From: Paraspadella gotoi
Taxonomy: Eukaryota; Animalia; Chaetognatha
Direction: 5' to 3'
DNA: 64,000 bases
Assembly: GCA_051294375.1 (NCBI GenBank)
Contig: JBJCIZ010000744.1
Location: 438,264-502,263, forward strand
Below the pieces are notes generated by a model. The model was not told where the DNA came from. It saw only the letters and a list, made by a program, of their open reading frames with translations, and searched no databases. The position numbers and the translations under genes are program-made. How positions within the stretch are numbered: position 1 is the stretch's first letter; every line of letters begins with the position of its first letter. Positions 63,579 to 64,000 of this stretch are shown in pieces.

Positions 63579-64000
63579 AGCTGAGAGAGAAATCAGAAGA
63601 AGCAGTGACCGGAGAAAAAGAGAGAAGAGAGCGACAATATATTTAAAAGAAAGAGAGAGACGAGAGCGACATATAATTTAAAACGTTTTGTTTTGTAAAT
63701 AAAACATACAAATACGAATATTGATATGAAAACATGAGAATTTTTAAAAGATCTTGAATCTTAGAACCATATATGAAATTTCCAACTCCCTTTGATAATC
63801 AAACACTTTCAGAAGCCATGATTGCAAAAAAAGCGGTGAACCGAAAGCTAAAACCGAAATCAAAATCGATAATAGAGGATATTTGATTTGGATAAAATGT
63901 AAACAAAAACATTTAATAACTGTCCTGACTCAAATTTTAAGGACATCGATGAGGACAAGCTGAATATTTAAATTATATTAATTAATTAAAATTAATTAAT

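Overview
Animal (probably invertebrate) genomic scaffold with AT-rich introns and intergenic DNA, GC/CpG-rich exons, GA/CT and GAC microsatellites, and eight N gaps, four of them exactly 25 N. Two protein-coding genes are supported. (1) A DNMT1 maintenance cytosine methyltransferase: one intact four-exon model (25826-26320, 26607-26852, 30662-33699, 34189-34705; 1431 aa) plus three extra copies. These are an inverted partial copy in the left arm of an ~11 kb palindrome (6471-17448 / 17606-~28215), a 2.8 kb overlap across a 25-N gap, and a full tandem copy with many frameshifts (39128-45182). Most of this multiplicity looks like long-read gap-fill or haplotype artefact, but a few differences between copies look real. 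(2) A two-exon TRAF2/3-like adaptor (49796-50009 + 55531-56729; 470 aa) with RING, a single TRAF zinc finger, coiled coil and MATH domain. The non-coding highlight is a 182-bp loop-less palindrome 2 kb upstream of the DNMT1 coding start that carries a Penelope-type minimal hammerhead ribozyme on each strand, with further family copies elsewhere. The window also holds two Helentron/DINE-1-like (HINE) families, a 2.2 kb TIR element with an ATAA target duplication nested in a HINE hairpin, several MITE/foldback elements, and an E2F/CCAAT/CRE promoter candidate. All assignments were made by eye; no database search was run.
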